NCBI GenBank assembly: GCA_965116465.1
Contig: OZ220687.1
Span: forward strand, 3,016,972-3,080,971
Reading direction: 5' to 3'
DNA: 64,000 nucleotides
Source of the DNA: Acidimicrobiales bacterium
GTDB taxonomy: Bacteria > Actinomycetota > Acidimicrobiia > Acidimicrobiales > CATQHL01
In this document: one piece after another, positions 36,075-44,688 of the stretch
Position numbering within the stretch: position 1 is the first letter of the stretch
How the letters are laid out: each line of letters begins with the position of its first letter
The notes under the pieces: model-generated
Told to the model about the DNA's origin: nothing
Databases searched by the model: none
Seen by the model: only the letters and a program-made list of their open reading frames with translations
Position numbers and translations under genes: made by a program

Positions 36075-36806
36075 ATGGCGCGAGATCCCCGGAGCCGTTC
36101 CTCCCTCGCCGATGCCGTCCGCAATATCGAGAGGGCGGCGCGCACCGGCGGCGGAGGCAGCAGGCTGAGCCGCATCGTGCGGCCGAGCTTCCCGGCGCTC
36201 GTCGTGCTGATCATCGCCGCGGGGACCGCGCTCGTGGCGTTCGCCTACACCACGCGCGACGTGCAGGCCCGTCCCGTGCAGAACGAGGACCATTGGCACT
36301 CGCCGTATGTCCTGTGGGACTGCGCCGCGGGCGAAGCAGGGGATTTCCTGCCGCAGTTCACGAGCACCGACGATGCGCTCGGCATCCACTCCCACGACGA
36401 CGGCATCATCCACATCCATCCGTTCTTCGAAGCCGCTTCGGGCGAGAACGCCACGCTGGAGGACTTCATGACCGCCATGCGGGCGGAGATCAGCGACGAC
36501 GCCATCACCCTCGACGACGGCAGGGTGCTCGCCGAGGACGTCACCTGCGACGGGGAGCCGGCGATCATCCAGGTGCACCGCTGGGAGTTCGCCAGCTCCG
36601 TCGACGAGGCGCCGGACGTCTTCACCGAGGACATGGAGGACATCCGTTTCCTGAACAACGGTGAGGCCTGGACCATCGGGCGCGCCCCCGAGGGTGCCGA
36701 TATGCCGCCGCCCCCGAGCATCGCCTGGCTCGGGCAGATCGACGCGAACGCCCTGCGCGCCGGCGAGGAGTCCACCCCGCTGGTCACCGAGCCGCAGGAC
36801 GAGTGA
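36075..36806 (+). CDS. Membrane-anchored hypothetical protein with His motifs
   Basis: One TM helix, DHWH, GIHSHDDGIIHIHPF. Confidence 0.75.
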   Translation: MARDPRSRSSLADAVRNIERAARTGGGGSRLSRIVRPSFPALVVLIIAAGTALVAFAYTTRDVQARPVQNEDHWHSPYVLWDCAAGEAGDFLPQFTSTDDALGIHSHDDGIIHIHPFFEAASGENATLEDFMTAMRAEISDDAITLDDGRVLAEDVTCDGEPAIIQVHRWEFASSVDEAPDVFTEDMEDIRFLNNGEAWTIGRAPEGADMPPPPSIAWLGQIDANALRAGEESTPLVTEPQDE

Positions 36807-36912
36807 GCGGCCGGCGCCGCAGAAATCAACCCGACGATGCCGGCGCAGCGCTGATCGCAAGCCGACGCCACCGGTGCCCACTCCCTGAGGCCCGCTCCAT
36901 GAGGCCCGCTCG

Positions 36913-37947
36913 ATGAGTCCCCGCTCCGCCATCGTGCTCGCCGGTGGCCTGGGCACGCGGTTGCGGCCTCTCACCGAGCAGCGCCCCAAGCAGATGCTTC
37001 CGATCGTGGATCGTCCGATGATCGAGCACGTGGTCGCCAAGCTGGCGGCCGAGGGCGTCGCCGAGGTGGTGCTGTCGCTGGGCTACCGGCCCGACGCCTT
37101 CGGCGCGGCCTATCCCTCGGGGCGCTGCGGCGGGGCCGGGCTCCGCTACGCCACCGAGCCCGAACCGCTGGGCACCGCCGGCGCGATCCTGTTCGCGGCC
37201 CGCCGGGCGGCGACCGGGAACGGCGAGGCCGGCGGCGGCGACCCGTTCGCCGAGACGTTCTGGGCGCTCAACGGCGACGTGCTGACCGACGCGTCGCTCG
37301 GCGAGTTGCTGGCGCTGCACCGGGCGCGAGGTGCCGAGGCCACCATCCTGACGATCCCGATGGCGGACGCCTCGCGCTACGGCCTGGTCGAGTCCGACGG
37401 CACCGGTCGTGTCTCGCGATTCGTGGAGAAGCCCGCAGGTGGCGCTGCGACGAGGGGCTGGATCAACGCCGGCGTCTACGTTCTGGAGCCGTCGGTGCTG
37501 GCGAGGATCCCGCCGGGCCGGCCGGTCTCGATGGAACGCGACATCTTTCCGCCCGTGGCCGCCGACGGCTCGCTGTACGCGTTGCGCACCGAGGCCTACT
37601 GGATCGACGCGGGCACGCCCGCCTCGTACCTGCAGGCCAACATCGACCTCATCTCCGGCCGCCGGGCGATCACCCTGGACTCGCTGAGCCCCCGGGCGAC
37701 GGTCTCACCCGCCGCGGAGGTCGCCGGGAGCGTGGTCATGGAGCGGGCCGCCGTCGAGGCCGGAGCACGCCTCGACGGCTCGGTGGTCCTGCCGGGGGCG
37801 AGGATCGGCGCCGGCGCCGTCGTAGTTGACTCCGTCGTCGGCTACGACGCGGTGGTGGGTCCGGGGGCGCGGGTGGCGGGCTTCATGCTGCTCGGCGACG
37901 GTGTGACGGTGGCGGCCGGCGAGTCGCTGCGAGGCGGGCGCCGCTAG
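36913..37947 (+). CDS. NDP-sugar synthase (mannose-1-phosphate guanylyltransferase-like)
   Basis: LAGGLGTRLRPLT--RPK, EPLGTAGA, NGDVL, FVEKP, INAGVY, W-DAGTP, C-terminal hexapeptide repeats. Confidence 0.9.
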   Translation: MSPRSAIVLAGGLGTRLRPLTEQRPKQMLPIVDRPMIEHVVAKLAAEGVAEVVLSLGYRPDAFGAAYPSGRCGGAGLRYATEPEPLGTAGAILFAARRAATGNGEAGGGDPFAETFWALNGDVLTDASLGELLALHRARGAEATILTIPMADASRYGLVESDGTGRVSRFVEKPAGGAATRGWINAGVYVLEPSVLARIPPGRPVSMERDIFPPVAADGSLYALRTEAYWIDAGTPASYLQANIDLISGRRAITLDSLSPRATVSPAAEVAGSVVMERAAVEAGARLDGSVVLPGARIGAGAVVVDSVVGYDAVVGPGARVAGFMLLGDGVTVAAGESLRGGRR

Positions 37948-37993
37948 CGAGGCGCGACACCCCGGGGCGGGCGGATCCGGCGGGAGAGCAGGT

Positions 37994-38716
37994 TCAGCGG
38001 AACAGATCGTCGGCGGCGGGGCGGGGCAGGTCCCGCACCGCCCTGCCGTCCCCGAACCAGGCGTCGGGAGCGCCTCGGACGACCGCCGCAGGAATGCCGC
38101 GGTCCTTGCCCATCACGAGTTCGGCCGCGGCGGCGAGTTCGTCGGCGATGGCCACTTCGGTGACCTGCAACTGGCGGCCGCCGGCGTCGGCGGTGCCGCG
38201 GAGGTCCAGCACCGCCAGGATCCCGGCGCAACCGATGGCGACGTCGGTCAGGCCGCGCCGCCACGGGCGCCCGAACGTGTCGGACACGACGACGCCGACC
38301 GCCGGGCCGCCGGCGGCCCTGATCCCGTCGCGGATCCGCCGCGCCGACCGGTCCGGGTCGCGGGGCAGCAGCGCCGCCTGCCCGTCGGGCACGTTGGAGA
38401 AGTCGACCCCGGCGTTGGCGCAGACGAAGCCGTGCGAGGTCTCGGAGATGATGAGGTCGCCGCGCCGGCGCAGCACACGGATCGACTCGCCCTCGACGAC
38501 CCGCCTGCGTGCCGCGCCGTCGCTGTGATCCACCGCCACCAGGCGTCCCTCGGCCTTCGAGACGATCTTCTGGGTGACCACCACGATGTCCCGGTCCCGC
38601 AGGTCGGCGGCGGCGGCGATCAGGGCGCCCAGGTCATCGCCGGCTCGGACCTCCCCGACTCCGGCGATCCCGGAGATTGCCAGCCTGCTCCCGCCGCGCC
38701 CGGTGGTCGGGATCAC
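37994..38716 (-). CDS. cofE: Coenzyme F420-0:L-glutamate ligase
   Basis: TQKIVSKAEG, HGFVCANAGVD-SN, LLPRDPD-SA, SDTFGRPWR-G-TDVAIG, ADELA, DLFR. Confidence 0.95.
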   Translation of the reverse strand: MIPTTGRGGSRLAISGIAGVGEVRAGDDLGALIAAAADLRDRDIVVVTQKIVSKAEGRLVAVDHSDGAARRRVVEGESIRVLRRRGDLIISETSHGFVCANAGVDFSNVPDGQAALLPRDPDRSARRIRDGIRAAGGPAVGVVVSDTFGRPWRRGLTDVAIGCAGILAVLDLRGTADAGGRQLQVTEVAIADELAAAAELVMGKDRGIPAAVVRGAPDAWFGDGRAVRDLPRPAADDLFR

Positions 38717-39705
38717 CGGTGCGCCGCCACGGTGCAGCCGACCGCTGCCAGTGCCGTCCCGGCGAGCGCCGCGGCGTCGCTCGGGGTGTGCATGATCGAC
38801 GGTGCCACGATGCAGCGGATCCCCTCGGCCTCCACCGCCGGTGCCAGCGATGCGTCCGCCTCGTCGATGACGAGCGTCCCCGCCACCTCCGAATAGAGCC
38901 GGGCCACCCCGACGGCCGATGACTCGTGGCCCAGTTCGGTCATGAGCCGGGCCGCCGGGCCCCGCAGCGCCGCGCCCGCCACGATCGGCGAGATCGCCAC
39001 CGTCTGCTCCCGTCGCCGGATCACGGCGCGCCGCACCTCGCCCACGGCCAGCAGCGGCCCGATGGACACGATCGGGTTGGACGGGGCGATGATCACCGCG
39101 GCCGCAGCGGCGATGGCGTCGAGGACGCCCGGCGCCGGGCGCGCCCCGGCGGCGCCGGCGAAGCGCACCGCGCGGACCGCCACCGCGTGCCGCAGGCCCA
39201 CGAAGTACTGCTGGAAGCCGATCTCCTCCGTGCCGGCGCCGTCGGCGCCGCGATCGATCGTGACGCGCGTCGCCAACCGGTCGTCGGTGACCGGCAGGAG
39301 GCGCACCTCGACACCCCAGCGCTCGAGGAGCTCGGCGGTGACAGCCGACAGCGTGGCGCCCTCGGCGAGGCGCTGGGTCCGGTAGAGGTGCGTCCCGAGA
39401 TCGCGGTCGCCGAGGGCGAACCAACTCTGGCCGCCGAGGTGCCGCAACATGTCCAGCGCCTGCCACGAGTCGTTCCTCAGGCCCCAACCCGTCTCGGGAT
39501 TCAACTCGCCGGCGAGGCAGTACATGATGGTGTCGAGGTCGGGGCTGATGTGCAGTCCGTGCAGCACCATGTCGTCGCCGCAGTTCACGACGGCGGTCAC
39601 CGCCGCCGGGTCGCAGACCCTGACCAGACCATCGAGCAGGCGGGCCGCACCGTAGCCGCCGGCGAGAACCGCCACCGCTGGGGCCGGCCTCTCTGGTGGC
39701 GGCAT
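38713..39705 (-). CDS. cofD: 2-phospho-L-lactate transferase
   Basis: LAGGYGAAR, VN-GDD---GLHISPDLDT, WFALGDRD, FQQYFV, PSNPIVSIGP, ISPIVAG. Confidence 0.95.
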   Translation of the reverse strand: MPPPERPAPAVAVLAGGYGAARLLDGLVRVCDPAAVTAVVNCGDDMVLHGLHISPDLDTIMYCLAGELNPETGWGLRNDSWQALDMLRHLGGQSWFALGDRDLGTHLYRTQRLAEGATLSAVTAELLERWGVEVRLLPVTDDRLATRVTIDRGADGAGTEEIGFQQYFVGLRHAVAVRAVRFAGAAGARPAPGVLDAIAAAAAVIIAPSNPIVSIGPLLAVGEVRRAVIRRREQTVAISPIVAGAALRGPAARLMTELGHESSAVGVARLYSEVAGTLVIDEADASLAPAVEAEGIRCIVAPSIMHTPSDAAALAGTALAAVGCTVAAHR

Positions 39706-39746
39706 GGCCCTCCTGTCCGATGCGCCGGCGATACTCTCGCACCCTA

Positions 39747-42700
39747 GTGGAATCCCCGGACGCCACCGCTGTGCCAACCGAGCGCCTCGGCAGGATCGGC
39801 CCGCCGGTTCGCGCCATCGTGATCGCCCACGATCCCGGGGACACCTTCGACGAGACCCTGCAATCACTGCGCGGTCAGGACTACGCCGCGCTGACGGTCA
39901 CGGTGGTGGACGTCTCGGAGGACGCGGCGGTCGCCGACGGCGTCCCCTCCGAGGTGGCTGCCCGGGTGGCGGCGGTGATGCCCGACGCCACCGTCATGGT
40001 CGTGCCGGGCAACCCCGGGTTCGGACCAGCGGTCAATGCGGCCGCCCGCATGCTCGTCGGGAAGGACCGGCTGACCGAGGTGGCGACGGGGCCGATGCCG
40101 GGCGTCGCCGCCGGGGCCGGCGAGGCGGGGGATCCCGCATTCCTGCTGATCTGCCACGACGACGTGGCGCTCGCTCCGGACACGGTCACCCTGCTCGTGG
40201 ACGAAGCGGTACGGCGCGGGGCCGCCGTGGCAGGCCCGAAGCTCGTGGCGTGGGACAATCCAGGGTTCCTGCAGTGCGTGGGGCTCTCCGCGGATCGGAT
40301 GGGGGTTCCGGTGCCGCTGGTCACCGCCGGCGAGTACGACCAGGGGCAGCACGATGCGGTCGCCGAGGTGCTCGCCGTGCCCAGTGCCTGCATGCTGATC
40401 CGAGCCGAGGCGTTCGATCGGCTCGGCGGCTTCGACGGCGCCATGACCTTCTGCGGCGAGGACCTGGACCTGTGCCGCCGGGCCGGACTGGCCGGCGAGA
40501 CGGTCCTGGTCGTGCCCGAGGCGAGCGTGCGCCATCTCGGGCGTCTGGCGGAGCGCCGGGCGCAGCCCGATCTGGAGTGGCTCTCCTACCGGCACCAGCT
40601 CCGGTCGGTCCTGGTCTGCAGCAGCGCCCCCCGCCTCGCGGGCGAGGTCCCGCTGATGCTGGCGCTGACGGTCCTCGAGGCAGCTCTCGCAGTGCTCACG
40701 GGACACCTGAGGCGCGCCGCGGCGCTGGTCGGAGCCTGGTTGTGGAACCTGCTGGGGCTGGCTGAGATCCTCAACAGGCGAAGCCAGGTGGCCGCCGCGC
40801 CCGGAGCCGACCACCTCGGGCGGCTCACCCACCGCGGCTATGTCTCGCTGGCCCGGTTCGCCGCAAGCCTGATCCGCGGCGACACGGCGGTCGAGGGCAC
40901 CGGCGTGCTGTGGGGGCGCCGGCGGCGCTTCCGTGACGCGGCGCGCGATGTCTCGGTCCAGACCACCGCCGCCGCCTGGACCGCCGTGCTGGTGATCTTC
41001 ATATTCGGGAGCCGGCACCTCCTGACGCGGGGGATACCGGTGTTCGGTGAGATCGCGCTGCTCGGGGACTCTCCCGCCGAGCTGTTCGGAGCCTTCTTCA
41101 GCAACTGGCGGGAGGCGGGGCTCGGGGCCGACGGGACCGCGCCGACCGCCTACGGCATCCTCGGTGTGGCCGGCTCGGTGCTCTTCGGGGCGATGGGCCT
41201 GACTCGCACCGTCCTGCTTTTGGGGCTCATCCCGTTCGGCGCCGCCGGACTCTGGCGCCTGCTGGCGACGACGGGCAGCCGCCGGGCGCAGGTGGTGGGT
41301 CTGGTGGTCTTCGTCGCCATGCCCCTTCCGTACAACGCCCTGGCCAACGGGGTCTGGAGCGCGCTGGCGATCTACGGAACCCTGCCGTGGATCTGCCTCT
41401 GGTTGGCAAGGGTCGTGGGCCTCGGGCGCGCCGGCGAGCCGTCGGCGGCGACGAGCTTCTGGCTCCCGACGGTACTGGTGGGCGTGATCGTCGCTCTGGC
41501 CTGGGCGTTCGTGCCTGTCACGCCGCTGATGCTGGTCATGCTCGTCGCGGCGCTGGTGGTGGGAGGCCTGCTCGTCGGGTCGACGCGCCGGCTGGCGCCC
41601 TTGCTGGGCGCCGCGGCCGGTGGGCTCGTGGCGGGCTGGCTGCTGAACTGGCCGGCGGGGCCCACCTCGCTCGGAGAGGTCTTCGAGTCCGGCGGGGCGC
41701 GGCCCGACTCCTCGGGTGACCTCACCGTTGCCGAGTTGCTGCGCATGGGCACCGGATCGGCCGTTGCGAGTTCGCTGGTCTGGGGGCTGCTGGTCGTGGC
41801 GGCATTGGCGCTGTTCACGGCGCGCGAGAACAGGTTCGTCTGGGCGGTGCGGGCGTGGTGTCTCGTGATCATCTCGGTGCTGGTGGCGCTGGTCGCCGAG
41901 CACGGTTGGAGCCCGTGGCACCTGCCCCGTCCGGAGGTTCTGCTCGCGCCCGGGGCGTTCGGGTTGGCGCTCGCCGCCGCGGTGGGAGCCGCCGACGTCG
42001 GCCGCGGCGCAACCGGCGGGCGCCTGCGCCGGTGGCTGCCGGCCGGCGTCGGGCTGGCGGCCCTGGTGGTGGGTGGTATCCCGGCGCTGGCCCTGACCCT
42101 CGACGGGCGCTGGGGCATGCCCCGGGGAGACTTCACCACCCCGCTGGCGGCCGTCGAGGAGGAGTCCCGGCTGGGAGCCTTCCGGATCCTCTGGGTCGGC
42201 CATCCTGACGTGCTCCCCCTCGGCGGGTGGGCACTCGAGGACCGGTTGGTGTTCGCCACCTCCACGTCGGTGCCCCCCGACGTGGGTCTGCAGTGGCCCG
42301 GTCCGCGCCCCGAGGAGTCCGGGCGCCTGCGGGACGTCTGGCGCGACGCCATGGCCGGAGGGACCGACCGGATGGGGGAGCGGTTGGCCCCTCTGGGGGT
42401 GCGCTACGTGGTCGTCATGGAACGGATCGCCCCTGAACCCTTCGGGGACCTCGCCGAACCGGTGCCACCGGTGGTGCAGGACCGGCTCGGCGCGCAGTTC
42501 GACCTGGAGCGCCAGGAGTCCCGGGCGGGAATGGCCGTCTACCGCAACACCGCCTGGCGCCCGTCCCGGGCTCTCCTGGCGGGCACGGCCGAGGTGACCC
42601 CGGCGGCGCTCGCCGGGCCGCCGAACCTGGCGTTGGGTGACTTCGTGCCGCCGGCGGAGGCGCGCGGCGTCCTGCCGCCTGACAGCACCCTGTATCTCGC

Positions 42701-43004
42701 CGACGCCGCCGACGGCTGGGTGCTCGACGTGGCCGGGACGAGGGTCGAGCCGCGACCGGCTCTCGGCTGGGCGAAGAGCTTCCCGACCGGCGGGGGTGGC
42801 GAGGCCACGCTCCGTCACGAGCAGGGCGCAGCCAACGTGGCGCGCATCGTCCTCTGGGCGCTGGTGCTGGTCCTGGTGCCGCTGGCGCTGCTGCGTCGCA
42901 GGTCCCTGCGGTTCCGCAGTGGTGAGATGGAACCCATCGGCGACCACCGGGTCCCCGACGACGTGGTGTCGGCGCTGCTGGCTCGGGCACGCAGGGAATC
43001 CTGA
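39747..43004 (+). CDS. Glycosyltransferase family 2 fused to a large multi-TM domain
   Basis: NPGFG-AVN, LICHDD, AGPKLV, LGGFD, EDLDLC-RA; many TM helices; LGVRYVV. Confidence 0.88.
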   Translation: MESPDATAVPTERLGRIGPPVRAIVIAHDPGDTFDETLQSLRGQDYAALTVTVVDVSEDAAVADGVPSEVAARVAAVMPDATVMVVPGNPGFGPAVNAAARMLVGKDRLTEVATGPMPGVAAGAGEAGDPAFLLICHDDVALAPDTVTLLVDEAVRRGAAVAGPKLVAWDNPGFLQCVGLSADRMGVPVPLVTAGEYDQGQHDAVAEVLAVPSACMLIRAEAFDRLGGFDGAMTFCGEDLDLCRRAGLAGETVLVVPEASVRHLGRLAERRAQPDLEWLSYRHQLRSVLVCSSAPRLAGEVPLMLALTVLEAALAVLTGHLRRAAALVGAWLWNLLGLAEILNRRSQVAAAPGADHLGRLTHRGYVSLARFAASLIRGDTAVEGTGVLWGRRRRFRDAARDVSVQTTAAAWTAVLVIFIFGSRHLLTRGIPVFGEIALLGDSPAELFGAFFSNWREAGLGADGTAPTAYGILGVAGSVLFGAMGLTRTVLLLGLIPFGAAGLWRLLATTGSRRAQVVGLVVFVAMPLPYNALANGVWSALAIYGTLPWICLWLARVVGLGRAGEPSAATSFWLPTVLVGVIVALAWAFVPVTPLMLVMLVAALVVGGLLVGSTRRLAPLLGAAAGGLVAGWLLNWPAGPTSLGEVFESGGARPDSSGDLTVAELLRMGTGSAVASSLVWGLLVVAALALFTARENRFVWAVRAWCLVIISVLVALVAEHGWSPWHLPRPEVLLAPGAFGLALAAAVGAADVGRGATGGRLRRWLPAGVGLAALVVGGIPALALTLDGRWGMPRGDFTTPLAAVEEESRLGAFRILWVGHPDVLPLGGWALEDRLVFATSTSVPPDVGLQWPGPRPEESGRLRDVWRDAMAGGTDRMGERLAPLGVRYVVVMERIAPEPFGDLAEPVPPVVQDRLGAQFDLERQESRAGMAVYRNTAWRPSRALLAGTAEVTPAALAGPPNLALGDFVPPAEARGVLPPDSTLYLADAADGWVLDVAGTRVEPRPALGWAKSFPTGGGGEATLRHEQGAANVARIVLWALVLVLVPLALLRRRSLRFRSGEMEPIGDHRVPDDVVSALLARARRES

Positions 43005-43005
43005 C

Positions 43006-44556
43006 GTGCGCTGGCCGGCGATTCTCGCCCTGATGGCCGCCATCGCGGCGCTGGCGGTCACCGACTGGGCGGCGCGCGCCGCCGCCGAGGATCCCCCCGC
43101 GGCGGTTGCGGAGGGTGTCCACTGGGGTTACTCCGCCGCCGGCGGCGAGACCTGGTTCTGCGTCGGCGGCGTGGGCGGCGCCGGGGAGTCTCGCCAGCAG
43201 GTGAGCATCCTCAACACCTCCGGGAGTGAGCTCCGGGGCGAGGCGCGCCTGTTCCCGGCGGTGCCGCTCGGCGGCCGGTCCCAGCAATGGCCCGCCACAC
43301 GCGTCGACATCGCCGTGGCGCCCTACTCGCGGGTCGACATCGATCCCGCGGCAACGGCCATGCAGGCGTCGCCCGAACTGGCGAGCTTCGCAGAGGTGTT
43401 CGTCGCCGCCGAGGTGCGCCTGGACGCCGCCGGCGGCGTCGTCACGCAGGCGGTCGCCGGGCCGGGTGCCGACGATGCGGGAGAGTGCGTCACCGCCGCA
43501 TCGCCGGAGTGGCACGTCGCCGCCGCCAGCACGCGACGCGACGCCCAGGCCCGGCTGTCCCTGCTGAATCCGTTCTCCGATGACGCGGTCGTGGACATCA
43601 CGTTCGCCACCGACGAGGGCCGCCGCGACCCGGTGGCCTATCAGGGCGTGGTGGTGCCCGCCAGCGCCCTGCTGGTCCTCGACCTCGGGAGCGAGGTGGC
43701 CCGGCGTTCGCAGGTTGCGCTCTCGGTGGTGGCCCGCAGCGGCAACCTCGCGGCGTCGCTGCTGCAGACGTTCAACGGCGACCTGGGCCTCTCCGGAGTG
43801 TCCCTGCGCGCCGGTTCCCCGAGCCCGCAGGAGCAGTGGCTGTTCCCGCTGGGAGTGGTGGGTGCCGATGCCGGTGCTGCCAACTCGTTCGTGGTCTACA
43901 ACCCCGGGGGCGTCGAAGCGAGGGTCGATCTGGCCGTCGAAGTGGACGCGGCGCTGCAGGCAAGGGGTGTGCCGCCCTTCGAACTCACCGTCCCGCCGGG
44001 CCAGCGCGTCGAGGTCACCTTCTTCCCGCCACCCGCCACCGAGGTGCACCCCGTCTCCGCCCTCGACGTGGTGGCGGCCACGACCCGCGTCCCGCCCAGC
44101 GAGCGGTACTGGGTGAGCGTCCGCTCGTTCAACAGCGTGCCCGTGGTGGCCGAGCGGCTGCGTACGATCGAGACGGGCGCCCAGGACGAGGTGTCGGTCC
44201 TCGCCGGGCGCGCCGCGGGCGCACGGCGCGGCGTGGTCGTGCCCGAAGGCGTCCCGGGCGACCCGCACGTGGTCTCGATCGTGAACCCCTCGCTGGAGAC
44301 GATCAGTCGCCTGTCCCTCGAGGCGCTGACCCCGAACGGCTGGGTGTCGCTGGAACCGTTCACCGATGTCGAGATCCGCCCGCGCCAGAGGCTGCTGCTG
44401 GATCTGGCGGACCACATGCCGCCGGGGTCGCTGGTATTGCGGTTCGGGGCCACCGAGCCGCTCGTCGTGTCCCACGCGCGCTCCGGCGGGGCCGGGGCGC
44501 TCGGAGCCGTGCCCGAGATGGAGTCCGTCTCCGAACTCGAGCAGCTGATCTTCTAG
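43006..44556 (+). CDS. DUF5719-like secreted/anchored protein
   Basis: N-terminal TM helix, TWFC, LLNPFSDDAVVDITF-TDEG, W-FP-G, VYNPG, PVVAER; follows GT2. Confidence 0.7.
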   Translation: MRWPAILALMAAIAALAVTDWAARAAAEDPPAAVAEGVHWGYSAAGGETWFCVGGVGGAGESRQQVSILNTSGSELRGEARLFPAVPLGGRSQQWPATRVDIAVAPYSRVDIDPAATAMQASPELASFAEVFVAAEVRLDAAGGVVTQAVAGPGADDAGECVTAASPEWHVAAASTRRDAQARLSLLNPFSDDAVVDITFATDEGRRDPVAYQGVVVPASALLVLDLGSEVARRSQVALSVVARSGNLAASLLQTFNGDLGLSGVSLRAGSPSPQEQWLFPLGVVGADAGAANSFVVYNPGGVEARVDLAVEVDAALQARGVPPFELTVPPGQRVEVTFFPPPATEVHPVSALDVVAATTRVPPSERYWVSVRSFNSVPVVAERLRTIETGAQDEVSVLAGRAAGARRGVVVPEGVPGDPHVVSIVNPSLETISRLSLEALTPNGWVSLEPFTDVEIRPRQRLLLDLADHMPPGSLVLRFGATEPLVVSHARSGGAGALGAVPEMESVSELEQLIF

Positions 44557-44688
44557 TCCGCGGGCCGGTCCCGCCGGCCCCGCAGGTCCGGTTCGCCGGG
44601 GCCGGGCGACATGACTAGTTTTCCTGCCGGGTGGCCCGGCCGGTGGCGGGCCGTCCCGACGAGCCCCATTTCACCGGGAGGCAGGCCA

